From Escherichia phage vB_EcoM_VR26: 64,000 nt of DNA. Numbering within the stretch: position 1 is the stretch's first letter; each line of letters opens with the position of its first letter. A program made the translations under genes and the position numbers. Where the stretch lies: sequence record NC_028957.1; one strand, written 5' to 3'. Positions 27,749 through 40,542 of the stretch are shown here, one piece after another. Under the pieces are notes generated by a model. That model worked only from the letters and a program-made list of their open reading frames with translations. It did not search any database and was not told the DNA's origin.

Positions 27749-27937
27749 AATGTTCTTCCAAGAAGGCCAAGAGTTCTGGAGCGGATTTAAAAATACCACC
27801 ATCGACCTTGTCTTCATCTTTATAGTCCATCACATCCAGGCCAATACGTCCATCAGTTAAAGGCCATACGCCGAAGAAAAAGCATTTACGTTTTTCAATT
27901 TCTTCGATTGTACGAAAAATCTTTTCGATATTATTCA

Positions 27938-27938
<1 letters not shown>
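27741..27938 (-). CDS. hypothetical protein
   Basis: ORF 27741-27968 trimmed to ATG overlapping pseT stop; start uncertain. Confidence 0.35.
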
Positions 27939-29156
<1,218 letters not shown>

Positions 29157-29160
<4 letters not shown>

Positions 29161-29639
29161 ACACCAAGCTCCTTATAAAGTTCTTCGCGACAGGTTTTAA
29201 GGATTTTACCAGTTTCATAAGCTGCACTTTCAGAAACATCACCAAGTGCAGCGGCAGATTGCATTTGTCCATGGCGTTTAGCTGCATATTCAAAACTTTT
29301 TACTAGCTCACGAATACGTTCTTTTTCATTGTATTCTTCAATGAATTCAGGATATTCCCAAACTGGGCGCATCATACGATACCAATGCTGAATAGTAATA
29401 TAATTACTTCCATCCAGATTAATAATTTGCGAAGGCTTAATAGCGCCCGGAGCATAAAAAGTTACCTGTCTTACTACATCAATACCGTCCACAATAGCCC
29501 AAGCAAAATCGAAAGTGGCCTTCTTTTCAATTGGCGTGCTCGCACAAGACCCTAACTTTAAGAGCTTTTGTAATACAGGAGATTTAACTCCTGAAATGTA
29601 CACAGGATTAGCTACAAAGCTGTTATCACGTAATGACAT
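29157..29639 (-). CDS. hypothetical protein
   Basis: Start placed at ATG with GAGGA SD (MSLRDNSF…) because an early promoter lies inside the longer ORF. Confidence 0.45.
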
Positions 29640-29675
29640 AATAGTTTCCTCAAATATTTTATAATCCGTAGGAGC

Positions 29676-29704
29676 ATTATACTCTGCTCCCGTGAGTTTG
29701 TATA
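29676..29704 (-). promoter_or_regulatory. T4-type early promoter (TATACA–17 nt–TATAAT)
   Basis: Member of the repeated cassette family cattatactctg…ccc..gagtttgta(c/t)act. Confidence 0.45.
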
Positions 29705-29808
29705 CTACTTTCCGAAAAGACCTTGAACACATAAAGTGGCCGCAATCCCAAAACAAAAACAGAATGCACCAAATCTAACAATATCCCAACCAAGGCTACA
29801 GGTCTCTA

Positions 29809-30099
29809 TCATTTGCAACGTTCCTCTTTTAGTTCAGAACGATAATAACATAACATACCTTTTTGGTCATGTACATATCTTTTTACATCATTCATCCAAA
29901 TCCTGAATTCTTGCGATGCTTCAAAAGGCATACCAACCCAGGCTTGACCCTCAATTACCTTCACTTCCCATTGCTGCTTATAATCAGCCAATGCAACAGG
30001 CCAATTAGGATGAACTTGGATTGTGGGCTCCACAACGGGCTTCTGGGCACATGAAACGAGTCCGATAGCCAAACATACTGCCATGATAGATTTCATCAT
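29809..30099 (-). CDS. o-spanin (outer-membrane lipoprotein, Rz1 equivalent; T4 PseT.2-like)
   Basis: 96 aa; signal peptide with lipobox LVSC; ATG overlaps upstream i-spanin stop; T4 spanins are known to be pseT.3/pseT.2. Confidence 0.72.
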   Translation of the reverse strand: MMKSIMAVCLAIGLVSCAQKPVVEPTIQVHPNWPVALADYKQQWEVKVIEGQAWVGMPFEASQEFRIWMNDVKRYVHDQKGMLCYYRSELKEERCK

Positions 30100-30449
30100 T
30101 TGGTGAGCTCCTGGAAGTCCTGGGCAAACTTATCAAAGGACTGATTAATCTGTTTTTCAACTAATTTAGGCTTAGCTGCCACAACCTTAGTACGTTTTGC
30201 ATCTGCGCGAAGTTTATCATTTTCCTTCTGCAGAAGTTCAACATATTCCTGGCGCTCCTGGTCAAGGAGATTAATTTGATTAACCTGGTCTTTTATTGAT
30301 TGCAGATTTTTTGCGTTATCTTCTGCAACTTTGGTGACCGCAGCCACCTCTGTCTTGAGATTATCCACTTTTGCTTTTAGATAGAAACCACTACCAGCAG
30401 TTACTACCAGGGCAAGCATAAGCCCTGCGGTCAGATTACTTATTTGCAT
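30096..30449 (-). CDS. i-spanin (inner-membrane, Rz equivalent; T4 PseT.3-like)
   Basis: 117 aa; N-terminal TM helix LTAGLMLALVVTAGSGFYL followed by coiled-coil-prone region. Confidence 0.72.
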   Translation of the reverse strand: MQISNLTAGLMLALVVTAGSGFYLKAKVDNLKTEVAAVTKVAEDNAKNLQSIKDQVNQINLLDQERQEYVELLQKENDKLRADAKRTKVVAAKPKLVEKQINQSFDKFAQDFQELTK

Positions 30450-30943
30450 AACTTGATGATTACCTCAACAATATCATCCTGGGATAAACCATTCAGGAGG
30501 ATGTGATTTGTACTGTCAGATGCTGAAATGCGGAACTGATTACCAACTTCATCCGCCATATCATCCTGGGTTAACACTGGGTGTTTAATTCCCAGGCGGT
30601 GTTGAAGTGTCAGGGGTTCAACCACAACATAACAAACACATCCATTGATATGCACATTAGGTTGGGTCTGATTGATGAACACTTCTGCATCATATTTAAC
30701 CAAATGGTTCTTTAAGAAGTCAACCATTTCTGGAACAGATTCATGAAGGGCTTCTTTCCGCTCTTCTGATTTCTTATTGCGATATTCCTTCTGTTTGGTC
30801 TTCAACTTATTATCAGACGCCAGTTTCTTTCTTAAGTCAGTAAGGAACCCAACATTTTTGGAACCTTTATAAACATAGATTCCGTCATGGCGGTCACCAT
30901 ATACATCAACAATCATATCATTTGAAATCAGTTGCATATTCAT
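30440..30943 (-). CDS. alc: Alc-like protein (host transcription shut-off), by position and size
   Basis: Internal start MNMQLISNDMIVDVYGDRHDGIYVYKG… gives 167 aa, the length recalled for T4 Alc; located between spanins and rnlA as in T4. Confidence 0.5.
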   Translation of the reverse strand: MNMQLISNDMIVDVYGDRHDGIYVYKGSKNVGFLTDLRKKLASDNKLKTKQKEYRNKKSEERKEALHESVPEMVDFLKNHLVKYDAEVFINQTQPNVHINGCVCYVVVEPLTLQHRLGIKHPVLTQDDMADEVGNQFRISASDSTNHILLNGLSQDDIVEVIIKLCK

Positions 30944-30953
30944 AATATTTTCC

Positions 30954-31187
30954 TCAATAGCGGTTATAACCTCTAGGACCAAAAGAGTTTGCACCCAGGC
31001 GCTCATCTTTCTTTTTAGCTCTTGCTCTAAACCCAGAATCACCTGTTTGGTCTTTCAGTTCTTTTAACAATTTGGCCTTCAGGTCAGTAATGAAACCAAT
31101 CCGGCGGTCTCCCTTGTAGACATAGATTCCATCATTTCTGTCGCCATATGCCTTTGTAACTCTGTCATTTGAAATTAAGTTTAACAT
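30954..31187 (-). CDS. paralogue of the Alc-like N-terminal domain
   Basis: MLNLISNDRVTKAYGDRNDGIYVYKGDRRIGFITDLKAKL… parallels MNMQLISNDMIVDVYGDRHDGIYVYKGSKNVGFLTDLRKKL of the downstream gene. Confidence 0.5.
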   Translation of the reverse strand: MLNLISNDRVTKAYGDRNDGIYVYKGDRRIGFITDLKAKLLKELKDQTGDSGFRARAKKKDERLGANSFGPRGYNRY

Positions 31188-31218
31188 GTTTTGGTCCTCA
31201 TCAGTAGTTGATGGAACC

Positions 31219-31247
31219 ATTATGTATAGAAAGAAGGGGCTTGTACA
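31219..31247 (-). promoter_or_regulatory. T4-type early promoter (TGTACA–17 nt–CATAAT) overlapping a GC hairpin
   Basis: Minus strand …ggggTGTACAagccccttctttctataCATAATggttcc. Confidence 0.45.
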
Positions 31248-31258
31248 CCCCTTTTTTA

Positions 31259-32395
31259 TTATTCAGGCAGGATTACATCCGCTTGGTAGTCCGCTGGGAT
31301 GTAAAGTTTATGATTTTTAAGGAAAACATTATTGATTTGAGCGATAGTTTGCTCTGTTTCCTGGGGACGTTGATAGGTGTTCATTAATACAGAGAACAAA
31401 CCCGGATATGGTTTACACAGTTCTTGACCTTTAATCGCAAACTCGCGTCGGTCTTTTCCTGCCAACTGTTTCTGGGCATCAAGCAACAGTCCCAGGGTAT
31501 TGGACAGATAATCCAGATGGGTCAAAGTAAAGGCATTAACTTTTTCACGAGCATACTCATCGCCAGTAAACATGGCAATAACATCATCTGCACCGCCTGC
31601 AACAACAACTTCAAAAAGACGCTGGTTATTGTTAACAGAATCCTTTGTATGGTGTAAAGCACAATACCATTCTGTCTTAACTTTAAATTTGCGACCATCG
31701 ACCAGCTCATAGACAAAGCCTTCAATCTCTTTCATATCACGGACGTTTTCAATTGTAGCCGGGTCATATGCTTCAACCAGGAATGGACGAAGCGCTGCAT
31801 CTTTAAACAAATCCTGATAAGGGATATATTCACCAGTTTCATTATGGCGAACGTTCAGTAAAATCAGGTCACGTTCCTGGTAAGGCAAAACAATGCGGTT
31901 GGTTGGCGCAACATATTCCATATTGCATGTATAACCAGCTTCAGTAATTTCAGTTACGCGCTCACGGAAAGCTATACGGTGTTCTTGTTTGAATACCTGC
32001 AGCGCTTCTGCAGCCTGGGAGCTTTTGATTGACCCTTTGGATTTAAAAGCAATATTGGTCTGGTCCATATAAGTGGAGACAAGAGAGCCATCGGCCTTGG
32101 TCATGACCAGCGCAACTTCATCCATATTGATATCCATGGTCAACGGATTTTCGCCTAAGTTAAAGAACTTTTCCATAGGACGAGCCGCAATACGAACTGG
32201 ACCATCTGCATCCATTTCAAACATAATGCCGCGGCACTCTAATGCATCATCAAGGAGCCAATCACTATAGGAAGCATAGTTATAGCTAAAGATGCGGAAC
32301 TTGGTTTCAAATGGAGAAACGAAATCAGTATAGAAAAACTTACCTTTTTCAGATTCAGCACACAGCTTCATTAAGTTGTCATATAATTCAATCAT
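31259..32395 (-). CDS. rnlA: RNA ligase 1
   Basis: 378 aa; …YRIFSYNYASYSDWLLDDALECRGIMFEMD…MTKADGSLVSTY… matches T4 Rnl1 as recalled, including the ligase lysine motif K(A/E)DGSL. Confidence 0.92.
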   Translation of the reverse strand: MIELYDNLMKLCAESEKGKFFYTDFVSPFETKFRIFSYNYASYSDWLLDDALECRGIMFEMDADGPVRIAARPMEKFFNLGENPLTMDINMDEVALVMTKADGSLVSTYMDQTNIAFKSKGSIKSSQAAEALQVFKQEHRIAFRERVTEITEAGYTCNMEYVAPTNRIVLPYQERDLILLNVRHNETGEYIPYQDLFKDAALRPFLVEAYDPATIENVRDMKEIEGFVYELVDGRKFKVKTEWYCALHHTKDSVNNNQRLFEVVVAGGADDVIAMFTGDEYAREKVNAFTLTHLDYLSNTLGLLLDAQKQLAGKDRREFAIKGQELCKPYPGLFSVLMNTYQRPQETEQTIAQINNVFLKNHKLYIPADYQADVILPE

Positions 32396-32808
32396 TTCTT
32401 CACCTTATGTTGGTAGTTCCACGGGGGATTAAAAAGCTTTATGAACATCGGCTCTTCCAGAGACATAGTTTCGACTGACATCGTACCAAGTTCATTGGTC
32501 ATTGATAGATTGAAACATTGTCGTGCATAGAATACCACCTTTTGACCTGCATGTAAAGCTTCATGTATCATCCGGGATTTGTTTGAATCACTCGTTTGTT
32601 CTATACGATTGATTGCAGTCCGGTAATAATTGATTCGCTTCTTCAGGTTGTTCGTCTTACCAATATACACTAGTTCGTCGTCAACTGAAATAGCGTAGAT
32701 AACATTTTTCTTGTTCGCGAGTGTAAGGGTAGGGATTTTACCATCGACTAACTCTAACTCCGCATATTTTATAAAACTGTATTCGTCAGCGATTTGTTTC
32801 ATAGACAA
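32392..32808 (-). CDS. denA: endonuclease II (GIY-YIG family)
   Basis: 138 aa; GIY-YIG-like motifs VIYAIS…VYIGKTNNLKKRINYY; position between nrdB and rnlA as in T4. Confidence 0.82.
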   Translation of the reverse strand: MSMKQIADEYSFIKYAELELVDGKIPTLTLANKKNVIYAISVDDELVYIGKTNNLKKRINYYRTAINRIEQTSDSNKSRMIHEALHAGQKVVFYARQCFNLSMTNELGTMSVETMSLEEPMFIKLFNPPWNYQHKVKK

Positions 32809-32828
32809 AAAGGGCCGAAGCCCTTTCC

Positions 32829-34007
32829 TTATAGATATTTACGGAAACCAGCAAGAACATTCTCATCGACGTCATTGTCAATCTGGGCTACCAGGTAAGC
32901 GGACAACTCAACTTCTTGTGGCGCAGATTGCACATTATCAGAATTGAGATATTCGCGAATCCATGGAATCGGGTGCTTAGTAGATTCTAACACGATTTCA
33001 CAAGGGAGACCGCATTGCTTCATACGAGAAACTGTCAGGTAATCGATGAACCGGTTAAGAATCTCGACGCTCAGCCCGGGGAGTCCACCATCTTTAAACA
33101 GATGCACAGCCCATTCTTTTTCCTGGCGATTGACTTCCATAAAAATGGCTGCGGCTTCTGCTTCGCATTCTTGAGCGATTTTAACCCATTCGTCACCGTC
33201 AACACCGGTCTGCAGCTGACGAAGAATATATTGGGTCCCCTTAAGGTGGAGCTGTTCATCACGGGCGATGAACTTCATTATCTTCGCATTGCCTTCCATG
33301 ATTTCCATGTTCTTATGGAAGTTGAAAGTACAAGCAAAAGATACATAAAAACGAATGGCTTCCAGCGCATTAATGACATGAAGGCAGAGATAAAGAGACT
33401 TCATCAATGCTCGTTTGGCAATAGCTTCTTGTGTGATAGCTCGTTCCAAACGTTGGTCCGCTTCGGGAGTTTCTTTGGCTAGTTCAATAAAAGCAATCTG
33501 GTTTTGCCATTGACGAGTTTTATTCAGAACGTCGTCATAATAATGTCCGATGGATTCGGCTCGCTTCATGATTGCATCATCTAACAGGATTTCGTCGAAT
33601 ACCTTCGCCGGGTCTGTATAGAGATTTCGCATGATGTGTGTATAAGAACGAGAGTGAATTGTCTCGCTGAATGTCCAGGTCTGAATCCATGTATCAAGAC
33701 TTGGGTCAGAAACTAATGCGGCTAATGCTGCAGCTGGAGCACGGCCCTGGATACTATCCAGAAGTGATTGGTATTTCAGGTTATTGGTAAAAATATTTTG
33801 TTGATGTTCAGGAAGCTTATTAAATTGAGCCCCGTCCATCATCAGGTTTACTTCCTCGGGTCGCCAGAAAAAACTCAACTGCTTTTCACAAAGCTCTTCA
33901 AAAACTTTATGACGCTGGATATCATACCGGGCGATGCCCAATCCAGAACCAAAGAACATCGGCTCGGCTAAAACATCCACCGGAGTGGTATTAAAAACTG
34001 TACTCAT
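32829..34007 (-). CDS. nrdB: ribonucleotide reductase small subunit (class Ia beta)
   Basis: 392 aa, uninterrupted; diiron/tyrosyl radical protein family; no intron-sized insertion. Confidence 0.92.
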   Translation of the reverse strand: MSTVFNTTPVDVLAEPMFFGSGLGIARYDIQRHKVFEELCEKQLSFFWRPEEVNLMMDGAQFNKLPEHQQNIFTNNLKYQSLLDSIQGRAPAAALAALVSDPSLDTWIQTWTFSETIHSRSYTHIMRNLYTDPAKVFDEILLDDAIMKRAESIGHYYDDVLNKTRQWQNQIAFIELAKETPEADQRLERAITQEAIAKRALMKSLYLCLHVINALEAIRFYVSFACTFNFHKNMEIMEGNAKIMKFIARDEQLHLKGTQYILRQLQTGVDGDEWVKIAQECEAEAAAIFMEVNRQEKEWAVHLFKDGGLPGLSVEILNRFIDYLTVSRMKQCGLPCEIVLESTKHPIPWIREYLNSDNVQSAPQEVELSAYLVAQIDNDVDENVLAGFRKYL

Positions 34008-34045
34008 TTTATTTCCTCAATAGCTCATCCATGAGCATAATTATA

Positions 34046-36301
34046 TCAAAGTTTACATGCGGAGCAGTCTTCTGCTTTAGGAGCTTCGATTTCGTAATCG
34101 TCTGTTCCGGAACCGTCTCTAGTGTTATGATAATAAAGGTTTTTTCCACCAAAATACCAGAAGTACATCAAGTCGTCAAGCATAACTGACATCGGAACTT
34201 TTCCTTTCGGATAATTCTGCGGGTCATAATATGTGTTTGCTGATGCTGACTGACAAATCCATTTCAACATAATTGCGACTTGAGTCAGATAAGGTTTGTT
34301 ACCTTGCTTAGCCAGCACCCATGCGTAATCGTACAATCCTTTATTATGTTCGATATTAGGAACAACCTGGTTAAAGGAACCTTCTTTACTTTCCTTGATA
34401 CTTACTGGTCCACGCGGAGGTTCGATACCGTTTGTACTGTTAGAAACTTGGGAAGATGACTCACACGGCATAAGTGCTGATAATGTGCTATTACGGATGC
34501 CATGTGCAACCAGGTCTTCCCGCAGCTGCGCCCAGTCACAAACGTAGTTTGGAGCTGCGATTTGGTCAATCTTTTTATTGTACCAGTCGATAGGTAATTC
34601 GCCTCGAGCCCAACGAGTGTCTGAATAATATTCGCAAGGTCCTTTTTCTTTGGCGAGCTTGATTGACGCTCGGATAAGGCCATATTGTAATCTCTCAAAT
34701 AATTCATGGGTTAAATCGTTTGCATCAGCGTAAGAAGCGAAATTGCTTGCCAGCCATGCAGCATAGTTAGTAACCCCAACACCCAGGTTGCGGCGTTTTT
34801 TGGCTTTCAGAGCTTCTTTAACCGGATAACCCTGGTAGTCCAACAGGTTATCAAGAGCACGAACTTGAACTTCGGCCAGCTCGTTAATCTTATCTTGGTC
34901 CTGCCAGTCAAAACTATCCAGAACAAATGCAGAGAGGGTGCACAATCCGATTTCAGCGTCTTCGCTGTTCACATCAGTGGTCGGGATTGCAATTTCACAA
35001 CATAAATTCGATTGACGAATCGGAGCCTTATCGCGGATGAACGGAGTATAGTCATTCACGTTATCAACGAACTGTGGATAAACCCTGGCTGTACCGGAAC
35101 GTTCAGTCATGAATAATTCGAACAGGTCTTTTGCTTTGATGCGCTTCTTACGAACTGTCGGGTCTTTTTCCAAGGCTTCGTATAACTCACGGAATTTATC
35201 CGGGTTATCAAAATATGAATAATACAATTCACCACCAGCTTCATGTGGACTAAACAGAGTGATGTAATCATTCTTAGCCAGACGTTCCATCATCAAGTTA
35301 TTCAACTGGACGCCATAGTCCATATGTCTGATGCGGTTTTCTTCAACGCCCTTGTTGTTCTTCAGAACGAGCAAATTTTCAACTTCCAAATGCCATAAAG
35401 GATAATAAGCAGTAGCAGCGCCGCCCCGGATTCCACCTTGTGAACAGGATTTAACAGCCGTTTGGAAATGTTTCCAGAACGGAATAACACCAGTATGACG
35501 AACTTCACCCATACCGATTTTCGAACCTTCAGCACGAATCATACCAACGTTGATGCCGATACCCGCACGCTTACTGATATATTCGATGATTGAATTGGCA
35601 GTCTTATTGATTGACTTCAGGGAGTCTGCAGCTTCGATAACCACGCAGGAACTGAACTGCCGGGTAGGTGTTCTGGCGCCCGCCATGATAGGTGTGGGCA
35701 ACGAAACCTGTCTTGTGGATACTGCATCATAAAAACGGCAAACGTGCTTCAGACGGTCCGTTGGTTCATCCTGGTGCAGTGCCATGCCGATAGCCATGAT
35801 AGCGAATTGTGGAGTCTCGTAGATTTTACCAGTGGTTTTATCTTTAACCAGGTATTTCTCTTTAAGCTGCATCGCGCCTGCATAAGTCAGGTCAAAATCA
35901 CGTTCGTGCTTGATACGAGATTCCAGATAAGTAATCTCTTCGGCGGAGTAGCTTGACAACAGCTCTGGGTCATATTTGCCTTCATTAACACAATAAGAAA
36001 TCTGGTCAATAAAAGAACGTGGCTCGAATTGCCCATAAACATCTTTACGCAGAGCAAACATCGTAGCCTTCGCTGCAACATATTGATAATCCGGTTCTTC
36101 GACCGAGATAAGCCCAGCAGACACTTTGATGATAACCGTCTGAATATCGCGGGTAGTCATACCATCGCGCAGATGTGGTTTGATTGTTTCGTATAATTCA
36201 TACGGGTCGATATTAGTTCCTTCGCATGACCAGGAAAGAACTTTAATAATTTTCTGGCCATCAAAATCTTGAGAGACACCACTACTTTTTTGTACTTGCA
36301 T
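34046..36301 (-). CDS. nrdA: ribonucleotide reductase large subunit (class Ia alpha)
   Basis: 751 aa; N-terminal ATP-cone region, active-site NLCCEI motif and C-terminal redox cysteine pair DCSACKL. Confidence 0.95.
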   Translation of the reverse strand: MQVQKSSGVSQDFDGQKIIKVLSWSCEGTNIDPYELYETIKPHLRDGMTTRDIQTVIIKVSAGLISVEEPDYQYVAAKATMFALRKDVYGQFEPRSFIDQISYCVNEGKYDPELLSSYSAEEITYLESRIKHERDFDLTYAGAMQLKEKYLVKDKTTGKIYETPQFAIMAIGMALHQDEPTDRLKHVCRFYDAVSTRQVSLPTPIMAGARTPTRQFSSCVVIEAADSLKSINKTANSIIEYISKRAGIGINVGMIRAEGSKIGMGEVRHTGVIPFWKHFQTAVKSCSQGGIRGGAATAYYPLWHLEVENLLVLKNNKGVEENRIRHMDYGVQLNNLMMERLAKNDYITLFSPHEAGGELYYSYFDNPDKFRELYEALEKDPTVRKKRIKAKDLFELFMTERSGTARVYPQFVDNVNDYTPFIRDKAPIRQSNLCCEIAIPTTDVNSEDAEIGLCTLSAFVLDSFDWQDQDKINELAEVQVRALDNLLDYQGYPVKEALKAKKRRNLGVGVTNYAAWLASNFASYADANDLTHELFERLQYGLIRASIKLAKEKGPCEYYSDTRWARGELPIDWYNKKIDQIAAPNYVCDWAQLREDLVAHGIRNSTLSALMPCESSSQVSNSTNGIEPPRGPVSIKESKEGSFNQVVPNIEHNKGLYDYAWVLAKQGNKPYLTQVAIMLKWICQSASANTYYDPQNYPKGKVPMSVMLDDLMYFWYFGGKNLYYHNTRDGSGTDDYEIEAPKAEDCSACKL

Positions 36302-36334
36302 GTTTTCCTCTATAGTTCAAAAGGGTTGGGAACC

Positions 36335-36580
36335 TTAAATTGACTCTGGCAGTTCCGAAGACATTTCATCATTATATTCTTCTTCTGACTGGACGGTGAT
36401 GTCAAAATATGATTGGACGTCACCGGCTGCATCATGACAGTAGACACGTTCATGACGTTTGGCCAGAAATTTGATTCCGTCAATAGTGATATAAGAATTT
36501 GGTGCCGGTAAATCCTGTTCGGTAAATTGCAGCATTTCAAAAATGACTTCGCCGGTCTGGCGTTTAAATCGTAAATTCAT
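36335..36580 (-). CDS. hypothetical protein (nrdA.1-like)
   Basis: 81-aa acidic ORF. Confidence 0.5.
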   Translation of the reverse strand: MNLRFKRQTGEVIFEMLQFTEQDLPAPNSYITIDGIKFLAKRHERVYCHDAAGDVQSYFDITVQSEEEYNDEMSSELPESI

Positions 36581-36606
36581 AATTTCCTCTCATTAAATTT
36601 TAAATA

Positions 36607-36629
36607 ATTATATCACAGTGCCCTGAAGC
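36607..36629 (-). promoter_or_regulatory. possible middle promoter (GCTTCA MotA-box-like + 11 nt + TATAAT)
   Basis: Minus strand cgCTTCAgggcactgtgaTATAATtat upstream of 36335-36580. Confidence 0.3.
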
Positions 36630-36639
36630 GGAATCGTAT

Positions 36640-36939
36640 TTATGTTCCCAAATCCTCGAGCGAAAAGGTATCTTTGAAAAGTTTGTTAACGACCAGGGCG
36701 ATAACATCGCCATGGCATGCTTTTGGTTTGCATGTACAGGCCAATCGCATTCCGCGTAGGGTTTCTAGGTGTTCTCTTTTGATTTCGCCCGATTTAATCT
36801 TTGCTATGAAATATTCTTTAAAGTTCTTTATGTTTTCTTCTCGGGTACCATCTTTATATGGGTTTCCCCACATGGTACCCCGTTGAATATTCACATCAAA
36901 GTCGGATTGATATTTGTTAACAACCCGACAGGCTTTCAT
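36640..36939 (-). CDS. hypothetical protein, possibly DUF4326-type
   Basis: 99 aa; motifs GNPYKDGTREE…LACTCKPKACHGDVI resemble the DUF4326 signature as recalled; unverified. Confidence 0.45.
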   Translation of the reverse strand: MKACRVVNKYQSDFDVNIQRGTMWGNPYKDGTREENIKNFKEYFIAKIKSGEIKREHLETLRGMRLACTCKPKACHGDVIALVVNKLFKDTFSLEDLGT

Positions 36940-37000
36940 AGTAGGAAGTTAAGTCCGACCATTACGACCAGAAATAAAATACCGGCAATTTGAATTTTCA

Positions 37001-37203
37001 TTAGACCTCGACAATAAACCAGATAGACTGGTGTTGGGTTAAATCGTGATATTCATATGATTTAATCACACGCATAACATAAAGTTCTTTGTTCTGGACA
37101 AAAATCGTTGTTTTCTCTTTAGGCAGCTCATCGAGACTTATATTCATTTTTTCAAACAGCACCTCACGGGTGCCGTATCTATTGTTTACTATACGAATAT
37201 TCA

Positions 37204-37204
<1 letters not shown>
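37001..37204 (-). CDS. hypothetical protein
   Basis: 67-aa ORF. Confidence 0.4.
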
Positions 37205-38862
<1,658 letters not shown>

Positions 38863-38866
<4 letters not shown>

Positions 38867-39204
38867 TTTAATTCCTTAACTGCCTTTTTGATGGCAGTAA
38901 AATCTTTGCGAATATCGAGAACCAATTTGTAAAGATGTTTAATTGTATCTGTATCAAAATATGATACCGCGCAACGTGATTGGCGAATATCTTCTAATGA
39001 ATACTTGCTTTCACCTGCGCCATATCCAATGATACCACTAATGCACTTGTCATTAAGCGTATACTTCTGGGGGACATCAATAATATTTTTAGGATAGATG
39101 TAAAGACTCCAATCAAATTTTTGTTCAAGCGTATCAACCTTAACTTCAAGAACCAGTTCAGGATGCGCATCATCTTTAGCAAAACAAGTGTATTCAGCAA
39201 GCAT
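38863..39204 (-). CDS. hypothetical protein
   Basis: Start at ATG with GAGGA SD (MLAEYTCFAKDD…). Confidence 0.45.
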
Positions 39205-39214
39205 TATATTTTCC

Positions 39215-39454
39215 TCACGCTTTCTTAGCGATTTTCCAGTCAGCTTTAAATTGGTCAACATCAGAGTGGTGAATCCAGAAACCAGATGAGCTACCATCTT
39301 CATAAAGAGGGCAACCATCACACTCATCTTTCCAACCCATTGTACACAAAGTTTCTTCTGCTTTTTCCAGAGCTTCAGGATTGTTACCTTGGATTGTGAA
39401 GTACCATTTGCCTTTAACTTCTGAATCTTTGATGCTCTCACGTTTTAATTTCAT
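39215..39454 (-). CDS. hypothetical protein
   Basis: 79-aa ORF. Confidence 0.45.
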   Translation of the reverse strand: MKLKRESIKDSEVKGKWYFTIQGNNPEALEKAEETLCTMGWKDECDGCPLYEDGSSSGFWIHHSDVDQFKADWKIAKKA

Positions 39455-39512
39455 TTTATTCTCCTCAAGTTGGTAAGGCTATAGTATCATTACCATAGCC
39501 TGTTGTAAACAT

Positions 39513-39740
39513 TTATTTTTGGATTAAGCCCATATAAAATTCAGCATCTTCAACATGCATACCATCACAATACTCGTCAGTCATAAAACGAGTAAGGTCT
39601 TCAAGAGGACCTTGGATTTCAATTTGGATACTGAAGAATTGAGTATCTTTAATATAAGTCATACTCAAAGAAGGATAACGATTACGGATAACTTCGTAAG
39701 TGTATTCAAAATCAACAATATCAATATTAACTTTAGCCAT
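39513..39740 (-). CDS. hypothetical protein
   Basis: 75-aa ORF. Confidence 0.45.
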   Translation of the reverse strand: MAKVNIDIVDFEYTYEVIRNRYPSLSMTYIKDTQFFSIQIEIQGPLEDLTRFMTDEYCDGMHVEDAEFYMGLIQK

Positions 39741-39808
39741 TTTATTTTCCTCACTTATTAGTTGATAGGTCTATAATAACATAATCATAGACATTGTATA
39801 CTACTTTT

Positions 39809-40075
39809 TTAAATTTTATCAAGCCATTTGCCAAGTTTAGTCATTTCTTTAGTAGCTTTTTCTAGACTTCTGAACTTGACTAACAAAGGATGAGTGTCTA
39901 CGCCCATGACTAAAGTGGTTACAAGACTATGCTCGCCTACAAGCCATAGAGAATACGTTTGAACATCAAGTCCGTAATTTCGGTCTTTATGAACACGTAC
40001 ACCCATCACTTCAAACTGTTCGCTGGCTTTTTCTACTGCATCCAGGAAATCATCTTTAGTCATATTAAATTCCAA
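39809..40075 (-). CDS. hypothetical protein
   Basis: 88-aa ORF. Confidence 0.45.
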   Translation of the reverse strand: MEFNMTKDDFLDAVEKASEQFEVMGVRVHKDRNYGLDVQTYSLWLVGEHSLVTTLVMGVDTHPLLVKFRSLEKATKEMTKLGKWLDKI

Positions 40076-40433
40076 AGGTAGCTTTAATCAGGGCAATGAC
40101 TTCAGCAGCATTTTTGTGATTAACTTGTACATGAATGGTTTGCGTGTCAACAACAGGAGCATCTTCATCAACTTCCAGGAAGTGACGGAATTCCCACTCA
40201 GCGAGTTCAAAGTACTCATCAGCACCATCCATACTATCCAGGATGGTGCCATCTTTCATTTCAACTTTTTCGACAAAATAATCGCCATCAATATAGCACA
40301 TATCCAGGACTTTGAAGGAACTGCCATGTTGTTCCATCAGCTTAATCATACGCGAATTGTCATCAGGACTACCAGCGATGAATTGTTTTTTGGCAGCAGG
40401 GTCTAATGTATAAAATTTACCAGTTTCCATCAT
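40065..40433 (-). CDS. hypothetical protein with N-terminal GKFY…AKKQFIAG domain
   Basis: 122 aa; N-terminus paralogous to 26579-27121. Confidence 0.5.
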   Translation of the reverse strand: MMETGKFYTLDPAAKKQFIAGSPDDNSRMIKLMEQHGSSFKVLDMCYIDGDYFVEKVEMKDGTILDSMDGADEYFELAEWEFRHFLEVDEDAPVVDTQTIHVQVNHKNAAEVIALIKATFGI

Positions 40434-40476
40434 TTTAATTTCCTCGGTTGTTTATCGTGTAACTCAGTATGGAATC

Positions 40477-40505
40477 ATTATGCCTTAGCTCAAAGGACTT
40501 GTACA
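40477..40505 (-). promoter_or_regulatory. T4-type early promoter (TGTACA–17 nt–CATAAT)
   Basis: Carries the repeated cassette gtgtaactcagtatggaatcattatgc. Confidence 0.5.
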
Positions 40506-40520
40506 CTACTTTTTGAAAAT

Positions 40521-40542
40521 AAAAAAGGGACCCGAAGGTCCC
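40521..40542 (-). terminator. rho-independent terminator after gene 32 (gggacc-cgaa-ggtccc; U run on minus strand)
   Basis: 6-bp stem preceded on + strand by AAAAAA; begins 7 nt after gp32 stop. Confidence 0.65.

Noticed and set aside
31230-31256. Hairpin ggggcttgtacacccc + T run as a + strand terminator
   Set aside because: No + strand gene ends here; the element overlaps the -35 (TGTACA) of a minus-strand early promoter and is better explained as promoter or a weak minus-strand rnlA terminator.
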